A DNA stretch of 64,000 nt, from contig CP147780.1 of NCBI GenBank assembly GCA_037310415.1, positions 512,001 to 576,000 on the forward strand, written 5' to 3'. The DNA is from Candidatus Atabeyarchaeum deiterrae (GTDB lineage: Archaea > Asgardarchaeota > Atabeyarchaeia > Atabeyarchaeales > Atabeyarchaeaceae). Positions 9,654-19,871 of this stretch are shown piece by piece. The notes below the pieces were generated by a model. That model ran no database searches, had not been told where the DNA came from, and saw only the letters and a list, made by a program, of their open reading frames with translations. Both the position numbers and the translations under genes were made by a program. Position 1 is the first letter of the stretch; every line of letters starts with the position of its first letter.

Positions 9654-10265
9654 TCATTGTACCTTTGACTCTTTCAATTTCTTAATCTCTTTCTCAAGCT
9701 CAGACTCTTTCCCACTGGGGACAGGGAGAGAAGTCGTTGCCTCCACTTCTGCATCAATCTGTTCCATGGCTTGTTTCACATCTTCGGATGTTACCGTCGT
9801 CGAAGCGATCGCTCTATCCACGCTACTCTCCGTTACTTCCTGTGCCAGTTCAACATGCTGAAGTTCTTTGTCGATATCATTCACAGCCTCAGCGATGTCT
9901 GGAACATTCACCGCAGTCCTTAGATCCTTGAGCATACCCCTGACTTGACCTAGGATCTCCGCAACGTCCTTCGCCATCTGCGACTGGCGCATCCTGAAAA
10001 CCATACCTTCGATTCTAAGCCTGTACATGTCGACTCCCAAGTACCATTTCTGATAGCGCAAGTATTGCTCGATGTATAGTTTGGATGCAGCTTCATTTCC
10101 TTCTTTTCTATATTGCAAGGCCTTCTCCCTATTGCGCCTCGCTTCAGTCTCAAGTTGTCTACGCTGGAATTCTAGCTTCTTGCAGAATATGTCCATATTG
10201 ATTATCAGTTTCTGGAAGTCCGATCCTTTGAGCCACTGGGCAAATCGTTTCAACATCGATGGCAA
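9654..10265 (-). CDS. ESCRT-III, Vps2/24/46 class
   Basis: GNEAASKLY, RIEGMVFRMRQSQM (Did2-like), C-terminal MIM1-like ELEKEIKKLK. Confidence 0.85.
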   Translation of the reverse strand: MPSMLKRFAQWLKGSDFQKLIINMDIFCKKLEFQRRQLETEARRNREKALQYRKEGNEAASKLYIEQYLRYQKWYLGVDMYRLRIEGMVFRMRQSQMAKDVAEILGQVRGMLKDLRTAVNVPDIAEAVNDIDKELQHVELAQEVTESSVDRAIASTTVTSEDVKQAMEQIDAEVEATTSLPVPSGKESELEKEIKKLKESKVQ

Positions 10266-10490
10266 AAAGTCTCACCTACTATATCAAACAGAATCCTTTA
10301 AAATAAACCTTTTCGTATATGAATGAAAGTATATAAGGCAATCATAACGTCTCTCATAATTGCTGTCATAACTGGGCAGTCTCGAATGTCTCGAGCAAAA
10401 ATGAATCTGACAGGACTGTGCGCCGATTCCGCACCTTCCACTTCCCAGGAATTCTAATTGTATCTCAAAGATTGAAGTGAGTCAGTTCAA

Positions 10491-11108
10491 ATGGGCAGAG
10501 CAGCAGCGATACTCGCTGGAGGGGAATCGCAAAGACTAAAGACCAAGTCGTTGGTGATGTTGGCCGGAAAGCCGATGATCCTCCGCATAATAGATGAATG
10601 TAGATCTGTTACAGATGAAGTTCTGGTCATCGTCAATTCCCAAGAACAGATGAATTCGATTGCCCGCTTAGTCGGAGAGACAGACGCCAGAATCATAGTA
10701 GATAGGAGTGAATCGTTTCAAAGCCCGTTACTTGGAGCGCATACAGCATTTGAGAACTCGAGGCAGGAACTCACCCTTCTACTTCCTTGTGACACGCCGC
10801 TCATCAAGACGCAAGTCTTGGAGTTACTCTTCTCCATGGTTAGCGGGTGGGACGCAGTCGTTCCCAGGCATCCCAATGGACATATCGAGCCTCTTCATGC
10901 AGTCTACAGAACCGGCGTAGCCCTCAAATCAGCTGAGGATGCTCTTTCGTCTGGCGAGAGGTCCATGAGAGATCTTATAATCAAGCTAAGAGTGCTGTAC
11001 CTCTCAACAGAAACCATAAGGCAGCTCGATCCTGAACTAGAAAGCTTCACGAACGTGAATACTCCTGCTCAGCTGAAACAACTTGAGGCGAGAATCACAC
11101 ATCATTAA
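10491..11108 (+). CDS. mobA: Molybdenum cofactor guanylyltransferase
   Basis: ILAGGESQRL, PLLG, PCDTP, EPLHAVY, NVNTP. Confidence 0.88.
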   Translation: MGRAAAILAGGESQRLKTKSLVMLAGKPMILRIIDECRSVTDEVLVIVNSQEQMNSIARLVGETDARIIVDRSESFQSPLLGAHTAFENSRQELTLLLPCDTPLIKTQVLELLFSMVSGWDAVVPRHPNGHIEPLHAVYRTGVALKSAEDALSSGERSMRDLIIKLRVLYLSTETIRQLDPELESFTNVNTPAQLKQLEARITHH

Positions 11109-11122
11109 CGCAAGGTGTTCGT

Positions 11123-11896
11123 ATGAGACCCTCCACACCTCCCTCCAAGATCGACATAATAGGGATTGAGGGGATCCCAGAAATAAAGAAAGGCGATAAC
11201 CTGCCAAAAATAATATGTGAAGCGATTGAAAAGCAGCATACCCCTCTTGAAGAGGGGGACATAGTTGTCGTAACCAGCAAAGTCGTGTCCCTGTCCGAGG
11301 GAAAGATAATTGATTTGAGTACTATAAAACCTTCACAGTTCGCCAGAAAGGTGGCAGAGGTATTAGAAAAGGATCCAAGGCAAGTTGAAGTAATACTAGG
11401 GGAGACCAAGTCTATAGTGAGGATGACTCGGAAGCATCTCATAGTCGAGACCAAGAATGGATTTGTTTGCGCAAATGCGGGGGTGGATAAGTCAAACGTC
11501 AGAGGAGAAAACATGGTGGTAGCATTACCAGAGGACCCAGATCTATCAGCAAGAATGATTAGGGAGGGTATCAAGGAAATCAACGGAGTGAATGTCGCTG
11601 TCGTCATTGCAGATACGTTTGGAAGGTCTTTGAGAAAAGGCGTGACCAACGTCGCAATAGGAGTAGCAGGGATATCGCCAATCTTGGACTTGCGTGGAAC
11701 CGATGACATGTATGGATACAGACTTCGAGTCACACAGATCGCCGTGGCCGATGAATTGGCAGCTTCCGCAGAACTAGTTATGGGAAAGACCAACTGGATT
11801 GCAGCAGTGATAATCCGAGGCTACAAATACATCACAAATAGCGATGCTACGGCAAAGGAGCTTACCCTGCCCGAAGGGGAAGACGTGTTCAGGTAG
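11123..11896 (+). CDS. cofE: Coenzyme F420-0:L-glutamate ligase
   Basis: VVTSKVVSLSEG, CANAGVDKSN, DTFGR, ADELA. Confidence 0.93.
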   Translation: MRPSTPPSKIDIIGIEGIPEIKKGDNLPKIICEAIEKQHTPLEEGDIVVVTSKVVSLSEGKIIDLSTIKPSQFARKVAEVLEKDPRQVEVILGETKSIVRMTRKHLIVETKNGFVCANAGVDKSNVRGENMVVALPEDPDLSARMIREGIKEINGVNVAVVIADTFGRSLRKGVTNVAIGVAGISPILDLRGTDDMYGYRLRVTQIAVADELAASAELVMGKTNWIAAVIIRGYKYITNSDATAKELTLPEGEDVFR

Positions 11897-11919
11897 CCAA
11901 CGAAGCACTTAAGAAACAT

Positions 11920-12840
11920 TCATTTTTGCATGAGCATGGCACAGTAGCCAACTATAGCGTCTCTCGATCCTTGTGTGTCATAGGATGTTGCGTATTTCAC
12001 AAGTTCGGCTTTGGATACACCAAATGCTTTTGCAGCGACTATTGCGGTTGCTACTGGAGCATACCCACACATTGTCATTTGCTTCTCTCTAACAACACCG
12101 AGGAAACTTCTTTCGTTAAGAGATTGAATTGATTTGATGGCTTCACCATCGGTATTCCTTACCCAAGTCAACACTTTCTCAATCGGAGACATTCCCACTG
12201 GTGCATAGCCGTAAGTAGAACCATAATGAGTCATGTCTGTGCTTGCTATGACGACTACATCTTTTTCTGTCTCTTTTGCTGTTTCGGCTATGGCATTGCC
12301 TATTTCCGTGCATGTTTCCAGATCACTTAGAGAGGTAGCTATTGGGACTATCCTGAGTTTGTCGCCGTAAAGAGATTGAAGGAATGGCAGTTGGACTTCC
12401 AAGGAATGTTCTTCTTCGTGAACCGAAGGATCGTCGGCGATAATCTCTGCGTGACTCAGTAACGCAGTGGCGAACTCTTCGTCAATTTGCGTATCGCCAA
12501 GAGGAGTTCGCCACGCACCTTTCTTCATTATGCCTACACCAGCTCCGTACCCGTGAATGGGACCTATCATAACGAAAGTCTGAGGAATACCGTCGAGTGC
12601 TATTCGGTGATAAAGCGATGCTGCGACAGGTCCAGAGTATATGTACCCCGCATGGGGTGAAACTCCCACGACTATCTTCCTAGAACCAGTCTGGTTAACC
12701 TTGGGAATAGAACCCGGGCCTTGTTTGCTTAAGTAACAGCTGTTAATGGTCTCAAGCAAAGTCTTGCGATCACCAGGATAGAATCCAATCGCACACGGCA
12801 TTCTGAGGAATCTGTGGCTCTTGTCTGCTGAACCTAACAT
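11920..12840 (-). CDS. MEMO1 family protein (AmmeMemoRadiSam protein B)
   Basis: GFYP, PHAGYIYSG, EHSLEVQLPFLQ, STDMTHY, TMCG. Confidence 0.92.
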   Translation of the reverse strand: MLGSADKSHRFLRMPCAIGFYPGDRKTLLETINSCYLSKQGPGSIPKVNQTGSRKIVVGVSPHAGYIYSGPVAASLYHRIALDGIPQTFVMIGPIHGYGAGVGIMKKGAWRTPLGDTQIDEEFATALLSHAEIIADDPSVHEEEHSLEVQLPFLQSLYGDKLRIVPIATSLSDLETCTEIGNAIAETAKETEKDVVVIASTDMTHYGSTYGYAPVGMSPIEKVLTWVRNTDGEAIKSIQSLNERSFLGVVREKQMTMCGYAPVATAIVAAKAFGVSKAELVKYATSYDTQGSRDAIVGYCAMLMQK

Positions 12841-12955
12841 TGCCTGCGTCCTCCGTCTTTCATTGCCAGATTGAAAGTCGTTTGCGCTTTTTGGGCTGAT
12901 AATTAGATGAATGGTGCCTAATATATTCATATTGAGAACAGACTCATTCCTTGAA

Positions 12956-13504
12956 CTAGTGTCGCCTTATTTTTCTGGATGCAGCTATTTTCCTTTTCAA
13001 TTTGGTACCACAAACTGGGCAGACATCTAGCCTTGGCGAAGGATAATATTCTCTGTAGCAACCCGAGCATTTGAGATTCCAATTATATCGACGGCGAATC
13101 CCTTTTTCAACATAGGGTTGATATGAAAGACCCAGCATTTCAGCTATGTTCTGGATCCCGTAGTCGTCTGTAACCAATACTGGCATATAATTCATACGTT
13201 TTAGTTCAAGTGCCAGAGCTAGTAGAGACCTATCAGCTGATGAAAGAGATGTTTCTCCAGCTTTCTTGGCGGTCTCATCTACTAGCTTCAACGAAGTCTC
13301 ATTCGGAGCCATCACTTCTATGGAAGCTTTATTGAGGAGGGGAAGTGAAGTGGAAGAATCAACTGTCTCATTGGGCAATTCGCTCAATACCTCTGATGTC
13401 GTGAATATTGATGCATCGGCCACGTGACCAGCAAATCCGCTTAGAATCGCGCATGTATCTAGCACCAGCACCAATCTTCCTTTTCCGTCAAGCCCTGACA
13501 TCAA
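12956..13504 (-). CDS. nob1: NOB1-family PIN endonuclease (SSU rRNA maturation)
   Basis: VLDT, LSSAD, TDDYGIQN, C-terminal Zn ribbon. Confidence 0.9.
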   Translation of the reverse strand: MMSGLDGKGRLVLVLDTCAILSGFAGHVADASIFTTSEVLSELPNETVDSSTSLPLLNKASIEVMAPNETSLKLVDETAKKAGETSLSSADRSLLALALELKRMNYMPVLVTDDYGIQNIAEMLGLSYQPYVEKGIRRRYNWNLKCSGCYREYYPSPRLDVCPVCGTKLKRKIAASRKIRRH

Positions 13505-13592
13505 AAGTCAAGCCACACCAACTTACGTTCATCACTTGGTTTTTTTTTTTGAAAAGACTTGGTCCCCATTATTGGAGGGATAGGAGCTAACG

Positions 13593-14414
13593 TCACTTTA
13601 CAGAACTGATGTTCAACCTGCGCTTCAGACGCTCATAGAAGTTCCACCCTGTTCGCAGGAAAGTCACCGTTCTCTTGGATTTCGAGATCTTGATTTCATT
13701 GACTCCTGATAGACGCTTTTGATATGCCCCATCAATGAGCGTCATGAGATCACTTTCATTAAGTAGTTTGATTGTGATGGTAGCGCTAGATGGAACTATG
13801 TAGGGTTTGAAATTTGTCGAAAGAGCACATATTGGAACCACTATCATCGCTTCCAATCGCGGGTCCACAAGATTTGCGCCAGCGCTAAGAGCGTATGCAG
13901 ATGCCCCCGTATTGGTTGATACTATTATACCATCCAGTCTATCCTTAGCCATGAAGAATTGATCCACTTGGACCTCCAATTCAACTGGATGGGAAGGCAA
14001 GGGGCAACCCAATCTGATTTCGTTCAGTGCGATTTGAGTTTCAAGATTGCTCTCCAATGTGAAGCATACGTCTTTCACGTATTCGCCTCTCAGCAATTTG
14101 TCCAGTGCTTCCTTGGACTTGTCCCAGTCTGCGTCACAGAGAAAGCCAACGGTTCCCATTCTAATCGGGAAAATCGGGATCAATCCGTCGGTCATATGAA
14201 CGGCGCGGAGAACTGTCCCATCTCCGCCGATGGTTATTAGCAGTTCAACATCAAAGTCTCTTGTGATCTTCTCCATGTGTTTCAGTTTGTCGGCAATCTC
14301 TTCATCTAATCTTACCGTGATCCCTTTTTTTTCGAGATGTGAACTGATCTCTTTTGTCAGGTTAATGGCTTCAACCTTGTCTGTCCTGGAGATGATGGCA
14401 ACACTCTTGAACAA
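13593..14414 (-). CDS. nadK: NAD kinase
   Basis: GGDGT, GTVGFL, LNE, GASAYALSAG. Confidence 0.92.
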   Translation of the reverse strand: MFKSVAIISRTDKVEAINLTKEISSHLEKKGITVRLDEEIADKLKHMEKITRDFDVELLITIGGDGTVLRAVHMTDGLIPIFPIRMGTVGFLCDADWDKSKEALDKLLRGEYVKDVCFTLESNLETQIALNEIRLGCPLPSHPVELEVQVDQFFMAKDRLDGIIVSTNTGASAYALSAGANLVDPRLEAMIVVPICALSTNFKPYIVPSSATITIKLLNESDLMTLIDGAYQKRLSGVNEIKISKSKRTVTFLRTGWNFYERLKRRLNISSVK

Positions 14415-14690
14415 GAATCGTAATCACCTTGCGTGCAGTCCCATGTAAGGGATAATACAGATGGTTCAGAATGTTTGAGAAACAGTGAACTGATTAATAC
14501 TTTTCTCAAAACTAATACCTTGATTTTACGCTTATAATTCTTGCCTAGATTGTTCTGGAGAAGACCTCATTGACCTCGCTATTTGAGTGAGCGAAGCGAA
14601 ACTCTTAAGAAGGATGGCACTTTTTAACCTTCTATTAACTCGCCATATGTGTTTGATTCTGCTTCTGATGGATTTCAGGAAGTGGCTCGG

Positions 14691-15086
14691 TTGAGTAAGA
14701 AACCTGTCGACGCTGGAAGCCTAAAAGAAGGGCATTATGTAATCATTGACGGAGAACCAAGCAAAGTAGTCAGCATTGACAAGGGTAAAACCGGGAAGCA
14801 CGGGCATTCAAAAGCTCACATCGTGGCGATAGGGCTGTTTAACAATTCCAAAAGAAGTCTAGTGCTACCAGTTGACTCCAAAGTTGATGTTCCAATAATC
14901 GACAAGCGAGTCGCACAAGTCATCTCAATGTCTGGCAACGCCTTAATGCTTATGGACATGGAGAAATACGACAACTTCGAGGTTAACAAATCCGAGGTTG
15001 AGATAGCTGAAAAACTTGAAGTAGGGGATCAGGTAGAATACTGGGACGCCATGGGAAAGAAGAAGGTAATACGTTCAAAAAGCTAA
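14691..15086 (+). CDS. eif5a: Translation factor aIF5A/eIF5A
   Basis: KTGKHGHSK hypusine loop; likely TTG start at 14691. Confidence 0.95.
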   Translation: MSKKPVDAGSLKEGHYVIIDGEPSKVVSIDKGKTGKHGHSKAHIVAIGLFNNSKRSLVLPVDSKVDVPIIDKRVAQVISMSGNALMLMDMEKYDNFEVNKSEVEIAEKLEVGDQVEYWDAMGKKKVIRSKS

Positions 15087-15138
15087 GTCCTGAACTAACG
15101 TGAATGAAATGCGCCCTGCTGATCCAAGACCTCTTTCT

Positions 15139-15516
15139 TTACGGTTCGAGGGCTTCCTCGATTTTCTTTGCATATTCTCTCAAGATACGAATAACAAGTC
15201 CAAGGTTTGCTTCCTCAGAGCCTGCACCTATAAGCAGGAGCCTTGGTCCTGCACTCGTAAGGATAGTATAGCCGCCAGCTCCTCTCACTATTACTTCCCA
15301 AAGGGATCCTTGTTCCATCTTCTGAACACTCATTTCACCCATACTCAACAGAGCTGCAGATAGAGCGGAAAGCAAGTCAGGGTCAACTTCTCTTCGAGCA
15401 AAGAATGCAACTCTTCTCCCCTCCCTGCTTATTAACGCTATTGCCTCGAGATCAATATCATTGGAGATTTTCTCAAGTAGTTTGCCAATGCGCTGTTCAG
15501 TCGATTTGTCAAACAT
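15139..15516 (-). CDS. Roadblock/LC7 (MglB-like) protein
   Basis: ALISREG, LSALSAAL, NLGLV pattern. Confidence 0.85.
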   Translation of the reverse strand: MFDKSTEQRIGKLLEKISNDIDLEAIALISREGRRVAFFARREVDPDLLSALSAALLSMGEMSVQKMEQGSLWEVIVRGAGGYTILTSAGPRLLLIGAGSEEANLGLVIRILREYAKKIEEALEP

Positions 15517-15734
15517 GTAACCACCAGATGCGGCCAACAGAACCGCCCCACGTAACTATTATATGTTCTGGCTTATATTTAGAGATGTAATTTAGGACCC
15601 CAATCATTTCGCACTGCGGGTACGATGCTTACAGAATAATCTGAAGGTATATGAACTTGCCCTCAGGTTGGATTCTCACCGAAGTTGTTGTGCAACGCCA
15701 TTGACTATGATTTGAACGCAAAGAGGAATCAGAT

Positions 15735-17102
15735 TTGTCTGTATTTCAGAAGCTTGGAGAAGCACTTCATTCAGCACTGAAAAAGCTGACTGGGTCAGCA
15801 TTGGTTGATGAGAAAGCAGTAAAGGAGCTCACAAGAGACATTCAGCGCGCCCTTCTACAGTCAGATGTCAATGTCGAACTTGTACTCGAGCTTTCCAAAA
15901 GAATCGAGGACAGAGCATTATCAGAGAAACTTCCTCCAGGCATTACCAGGCGGGAGCACATAGTCAAAGTTGTTTATGAAGAATTGACGAGAATACTTGG
16001 GGACAAAAATGCTCCGTTGGAGTTGCACACTGACAAACCAAATGTTCTAGTCCTCGTTGGCATCCAAGGTTCGGGCAAAACTACATCGATCGGAAAACTG
16101 GCTAGGTACCTTACCAAGAAAGGGCATAAGACAGGAATCGTAGCAGGCGACACCTTCCGTCTCGGAGCCTACGAGCAACTCAAACAGATCTCTGAGCAAA
16201 TTGAAGTCCCAATATTCGGCGAACCGAAGGAGAAGAACTCAATCAAGGTGATAAAACAGGGAGTCGACAGCTTCAGGAAACAGGGTTATCAAGTGATCTT
16301 GGTGGATACCGCTGGGAGACACAAAGAAGAAAGCTCCCTAATGAAGGAAATGAGAGAAGTAGTCGAAGCTGTTAAGCCAGACGAGGTTATTCTCGTACTG
16401 GATGGGACTGTAGGTCAGCAGGCAGCAGTTCAAGCCAGAGCCTTCAAAGAGAACACAAAGGTCGGCTCAATACTTGTGACGAAACTCGACGGATCGGCAA
16501 AAGGAGGAGGAGCGCTCAGTGCTGTCGCAGCGACAGGTGTACCCATAAAGTTCATCGGTACAGGAGAGAAAATGGATGACCTCGAGAAGTTTAACCCTCA
16601 AGGTTTCGTCGGAAGGCTGCTGGGTGTCGCCGACATCGAAGCGCTCGTGGAGAAAGTCAAGGAAGCAGAGGTAACTCCGACCAAGGAACGGGTACAGACT
16701 TTTCTGAAAGGCAAGATCACTCTTACAGACTTCTATGACCAGATAAAGAACTTTGGGAAAATCGGAACAATGGACAAGCTTCTAGGGTATATGGGACTGG
16801 GACCGAAGCTTCCAAAAGATGCCCAAGAAGCCGCAGAACTTAGGATACAGAGATGGAAAGCTATAATGCAGTCCATGACGAAGGAAGAACTTAACAATCC
16901 GAAGATAATAGGTGGCACAAGGGTAACTCGGATTGCGCGCGGGTCAGGCACGGTGCCGAAAGATGTCAAGGATCTTCTTAAACAATTCTTCGCCTCACAG
17001 AAGATGATGAAATCACTCGGACGCAGAAGAGGAATGGGCAAGATACCTGGAGTTCCCGATGCTCTGCAAGCCAAACGATTCGCAAAGGATGAACGAAGTT
17101 GA
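15735..17102 (+). CDS. srp54: Signal recognition particle protein SRP54
   Basis: GIQGSGKTT, DTAGRH, TKLDG, RIARGSG. Confidence 0.97.
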   Translation: MSVFQKLGEALHSALKKLTGSALVDEKAVKELTRDIQRALLQSDVNVELVLELSKRIEDRALSEKLPPGITRREHIVKVVYEELTRILGDKNAPLELHTDKPNVLVLVGIQGSGKTTSIGKLARYLTKKGHKTGIVAGDTFRLGAYEQLKQISEQIEVPIFGEPKEKNSIKVIKQGVDSFRKQGYQVILVDTAGRHKEESSLMKEMREVVEAVKPDEVILVLDGTVGQQAAVQARAFKENTKVGSILVTKLDGSAKGGGALSAVAATGVPIKFIGTGEKMDDLEKFNPQGFVGRLLGVADIEALVEKVKEAEVTPTKERVQTFLKGKITLTDFYDQIKNFGKIGTMDKLLGYMGLGPKLPKDAQEAAELRIQRWKAIMQSMTKEELNNPKIIGGTRVTRIARGSGTVPKDVKDLLKQFFASQKMMKSLGRRRGMGKIPGVPDALQAKRFAKDERS

Positions 17103-17704
17103 GATACTTTATTTTAGCAATTGAGGAATTCTCTGAAACAAGTATGCAGGAGATAGACAGAGGCCATCTGAGGCATGAAGTCGTCCAAGTCATCAACTGT
17201 GTGCGTTCTTCTCTCTTCACCTCCTTTGGAGTAAGAAAAGATGTGAACGTGATCCTCTGCCCTATCAATACAACTGGGAGACAGATTAGAATCGGCGGAG
17301 AGACACTCAGATACATGGGACCAGATGAGAGGTCGATATTGACGCTGCTACTCAAATCAGGTAGGATATCAACACCTGAGAAAAGGGGTCAAGTGGAGAT
17401 CTCTTCCCCGGGGATAACTGTGGAGAGAAACGATCTGCCGTCCCTTGCCGCAGAGTTGCATGATTCTTCCATATTCGTAGAGAGTCCTGAAGGGTCCGAC
17501 CTGGGAAAGATGGGGTTTGCCGAGAGAGTAGCGTACATCTGTCCACTAGGGATGAAAACCGATCTGAGAGAGATCATTGCACAATTTCAAGGGCGTACAA
17601 CAATGCTGTGTAACACAGCAGGTATTAACCAACCTGAGAAGATGATCTTGCTCATTAACGCTGCGATTGATAGAACGTTGAGTCGACATGAAATGGCCTC
17701 CTGA
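17099..17704 (+). CDS. TrmY-like SPOUT tRNA m1Psi54 methyltransferase (divergent)
   Basis: SFGVRKDV, PDERS, SPGI; adjacent to Pus10; SAM-knot residues atypical. Confidence 0.65.
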   Translation: MRYFILAIEEFSETSMQEIDRGHLRHEVVQVINCVRSSLFTSFGVRKDVNVILCPINTTGRQIRIGGETLRYMGPDERSILTLLLKSGRISTPEKRGQVEISSPGITVERNDLPSLAAELHDSSIFVESPEGSDLGKMGFAERVAYICPLGMKTDLREIIAQFQGRTTMLCNTAGINQPEKMILLINAAIDRTLSRHEMAS

Positions 17705-17739
17705 GAAAAAGAGGGCGAAAATCAAGGTGACTCCAAGAA

Positions 17740-19080
17740 ATGGAAATTACTGAAATAGCATCAAGGCTTCTGGAGAGATATCCCCTTTGTGACCACTGTC
17801 TTGGCAGGCAATTTGCATTACTGGGAGTCGACCTTGATAACGAGATAAGAGGGAGATCCCTCAAGAATGTTCTTGCTATGCGCTACCAATCGTTCATCGA
17901 AAGCAATAATGCCAGTGAAGAGATGATCAGAGACCTAAGAATCTTGGCGACGAACGGAAACTATAAACCTGCTTTGAAAATCCTGAAGAAAATTGGAGTA
18001 ATCGAGGAAGACTCTAGTAGGAAATGCTTCATATGTTCAAACGTCTTGGACAATCTGGATGAACTAGCCAAGAAAGCAGCAGAGTCACTGACCCGGTTTG
18101 AGTTCAAGACTTTTCTTGTTGGTTCTGTAGTCCCTCCCGAAGTCAGTGAACTTGAGGATGAAGTGAGGAGTGGCACCGGTTCTAACTGGTGCGAATCCCT
18201 AAAACGTGAGATAAACAGAGAGATTGGAAAGAGACTGAGAAAACTGGCGGAAAAAGAACCCGATTTTGACTCACCAGATTTGACTTTGTCAATAGATCCG
18301 TTTAAACAGGAGATCGCTGTAAAACCAAATCCATTGTTTATCAGCGGACGCTACAAGAAACTTGTCAGAGGGATTCCACAAGCAACCTGGTTGTGCAGAA
18401 AGTGTAGAGGAACTGGATGTGCAGACTGTAATTGGACAGGAAGGACATATCAGTACTCTGTCCAAGAATTCATCTCAAAGCCATTTCTTGAAGAGACAGG
18501 GGGACTTGACTGCAAATTCCATGGGGCGGGTAGAGAGGATGTCGACGCACGAATGCTGGGTAGCGGACGCCCATTCATAATAGAGGTAAAAGAACCGAAG
18601 AAACGGTTTATCGACTTACCCATGATATGCGATAGAATAATGAAGTACTCAGATGGACGAGTAGTAGTGTCCGGTCTCAAGACATCTTCACGTGAGGATC
18701 TGAGAAGAATAAAGTCAATGGCAACGGCAACCGAGAAAACCTACGAAGCAATCATAAGCATAGAAAGAGAGGTGGGTGATGGGGATGTCAAGAAGCTGCT
18801 CGCCAAGTTATCCGGCGCGACTATAAGCCAAAGAACTCCTCTGAGAGTTCTGCACAGGAGAGCCGACAGGATTAGATTCAAGAAGGTTCACGATCTGCAG
18901 ATTAACCTGACCGCACCACGCGAGATGGTAGCAACAATCAGGTGCCAGGGAGGGTTGTATGTCAAAGAACTCGTCACTGGCGACAGTGGCAGAACGATGC
19001 CCAGCTTTTCGGAAGTCTTGCAAGCGAGGGCCGAATGTAGTGAACTTGATGTCATTGATGTAGCTGATCAATTTATATAG
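17740..19080 (+). CDS. pus10: tRNA pseudouridine(54/55) synthase Pus10
   Basis: LCDHCLGRQF, FHGAGREDVDARMLG, QRTPLRV, GLYVKEL. Confidence 0.95.
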   Translation: MEITEIASRLLERYPLCDHCLGRQFALLGVDLDNEIRGRSLKNVLAMRYQSFIESNNASEEMIRDLRILATNGNYKPALKILKKIGVIEEDSSRKCFICSNVLDNLDELAKKAAESLTRFEFKTFLVGSVVPPEVSELEDEVRSGTGSNWCESLKREINREIGKRLRKLAEKEPDFDSPDLTLSIDPFKQEIAVKPNPLFISGRYKKLVRGIPQATWLCRKCRGTGCADCNWTGRTYQYSVQEFISKPFLEETGGLDCKFHGAGREDVDARMLGSGRPFIIEVKEPKKRFIDLPMICDRIMKYSDGRVVVSGLKTSSREDLRRIKSMATATEKTYEAIISIEREVGDGDVKKLLAKLSGATISQRTPLRVLHRRADRIRFKKVHDLQINLTAPREMVATIRCQGGLYVKELVTGDSGRTMPSFSEVLQARAECSELDVIDVADQFI

Positions 19081-19198
19081 TTCAGCAACTTATTTATGCC
19101 CCGAATGGAAGTAGACTACCAAAAGCCAACATTGAGTCATTTATCCATTCGACACTTCAGTAGACTACATCGAAAACAGAACATGGGATAGTGTACTT

Positions 19199-19489
19199 AT
19201 GAGAGGCACAAAGGGTTACAAGGGCGGAACGAGGAAGCTGTTCCGAAAGAGCACCCGACAAAAGGGTATGACTCCTTTAGGAAGACTACTACGTCGGTAT
19301 GCGCCGGGAGAAGAAGTCGTGATCATGATAAATTCAGCCATTGCAAAGGGACAACCTCACAGAAGATACCAAGGAAAAGTTGGAAAAATCATTGAGAAAA
19401 GAGGACGGGCATACGTCGTCGCTGTGAACAACGGCAATGCGAGGAAACAACTTATTGTAAGGCCAGAGCATTTGGTCCCCCACAAATAG
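19199..19489 (+). CDS. rpl21e: 50S ribosomal protein L21e
   Basis: KGQPHRRYQGKVG, VRPEHL. Confidence 0.95.
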   Translation: MRGTKGYKGGTRKLFRKSTRQKGMTPLGRLLRRYAPGEEVVIMINSAIAKGQPHRRYQGKVGKIIEKRGRAYVVAVNNGNARKQLIVRPEHLVPHK

Positions 19490-19500
19490 GAGTTGGTTTC

Positions 19501-19842
19501 TTGCCGAAAGAAGTGCTTGAAGAGAAATCTGTAACTCTGGCAGAAGTCCAGGAGATCTTAAAGGAGAATGAAAAGAAAGGTGAGCTGAGCTACGTCCAGA
19601 GAGTCACTCTGGACTACTCGTCGAAGTTCTCTCAACTGCCACTTGAGATCGCCCAGAAGCTGGTGGACGAACTGCAAAAGGAGTTTAAGCTGGACCTTGA
19701 CACAGTGATTCAGATCGCAAACTGTATGCCCAAATCACCAAGTGAACTAAGAACTGTAATGGGTCCAGCAAGTGAGAGTTTGTCAAACCAAGATAGACTG
19801 AACGATATCGTAGAAATCATCAAGAAAGTTGCTATACGTTAA
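19501..19842 (+). CDS. rpoF: RNA polymerase subunit F (Rpo4)
   Basis: ELSYVQRVTLDY, IANCMP; conserved synteny. Confidence 0.9.
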   Translation: MPKEVLEEKSVTLAEVQEILKENEKKGELSYVQRVTLDYSSKFSQLPLEIAQKLVDELQKEFKLDLDTVIQIANCMPKSPSELRTVMGPASESLSNQDRLNDIVEIIKKVAIR

Positions 19843-19871
19843 TAACGAAAACTCCTGAGAGGACGAGGGGG

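Noticed and set aside
10491-11896. MobA acting as CofC because it is next to cofE
   Set aside because: All motifs are canonical MobA; adjacency alone is insufficient.
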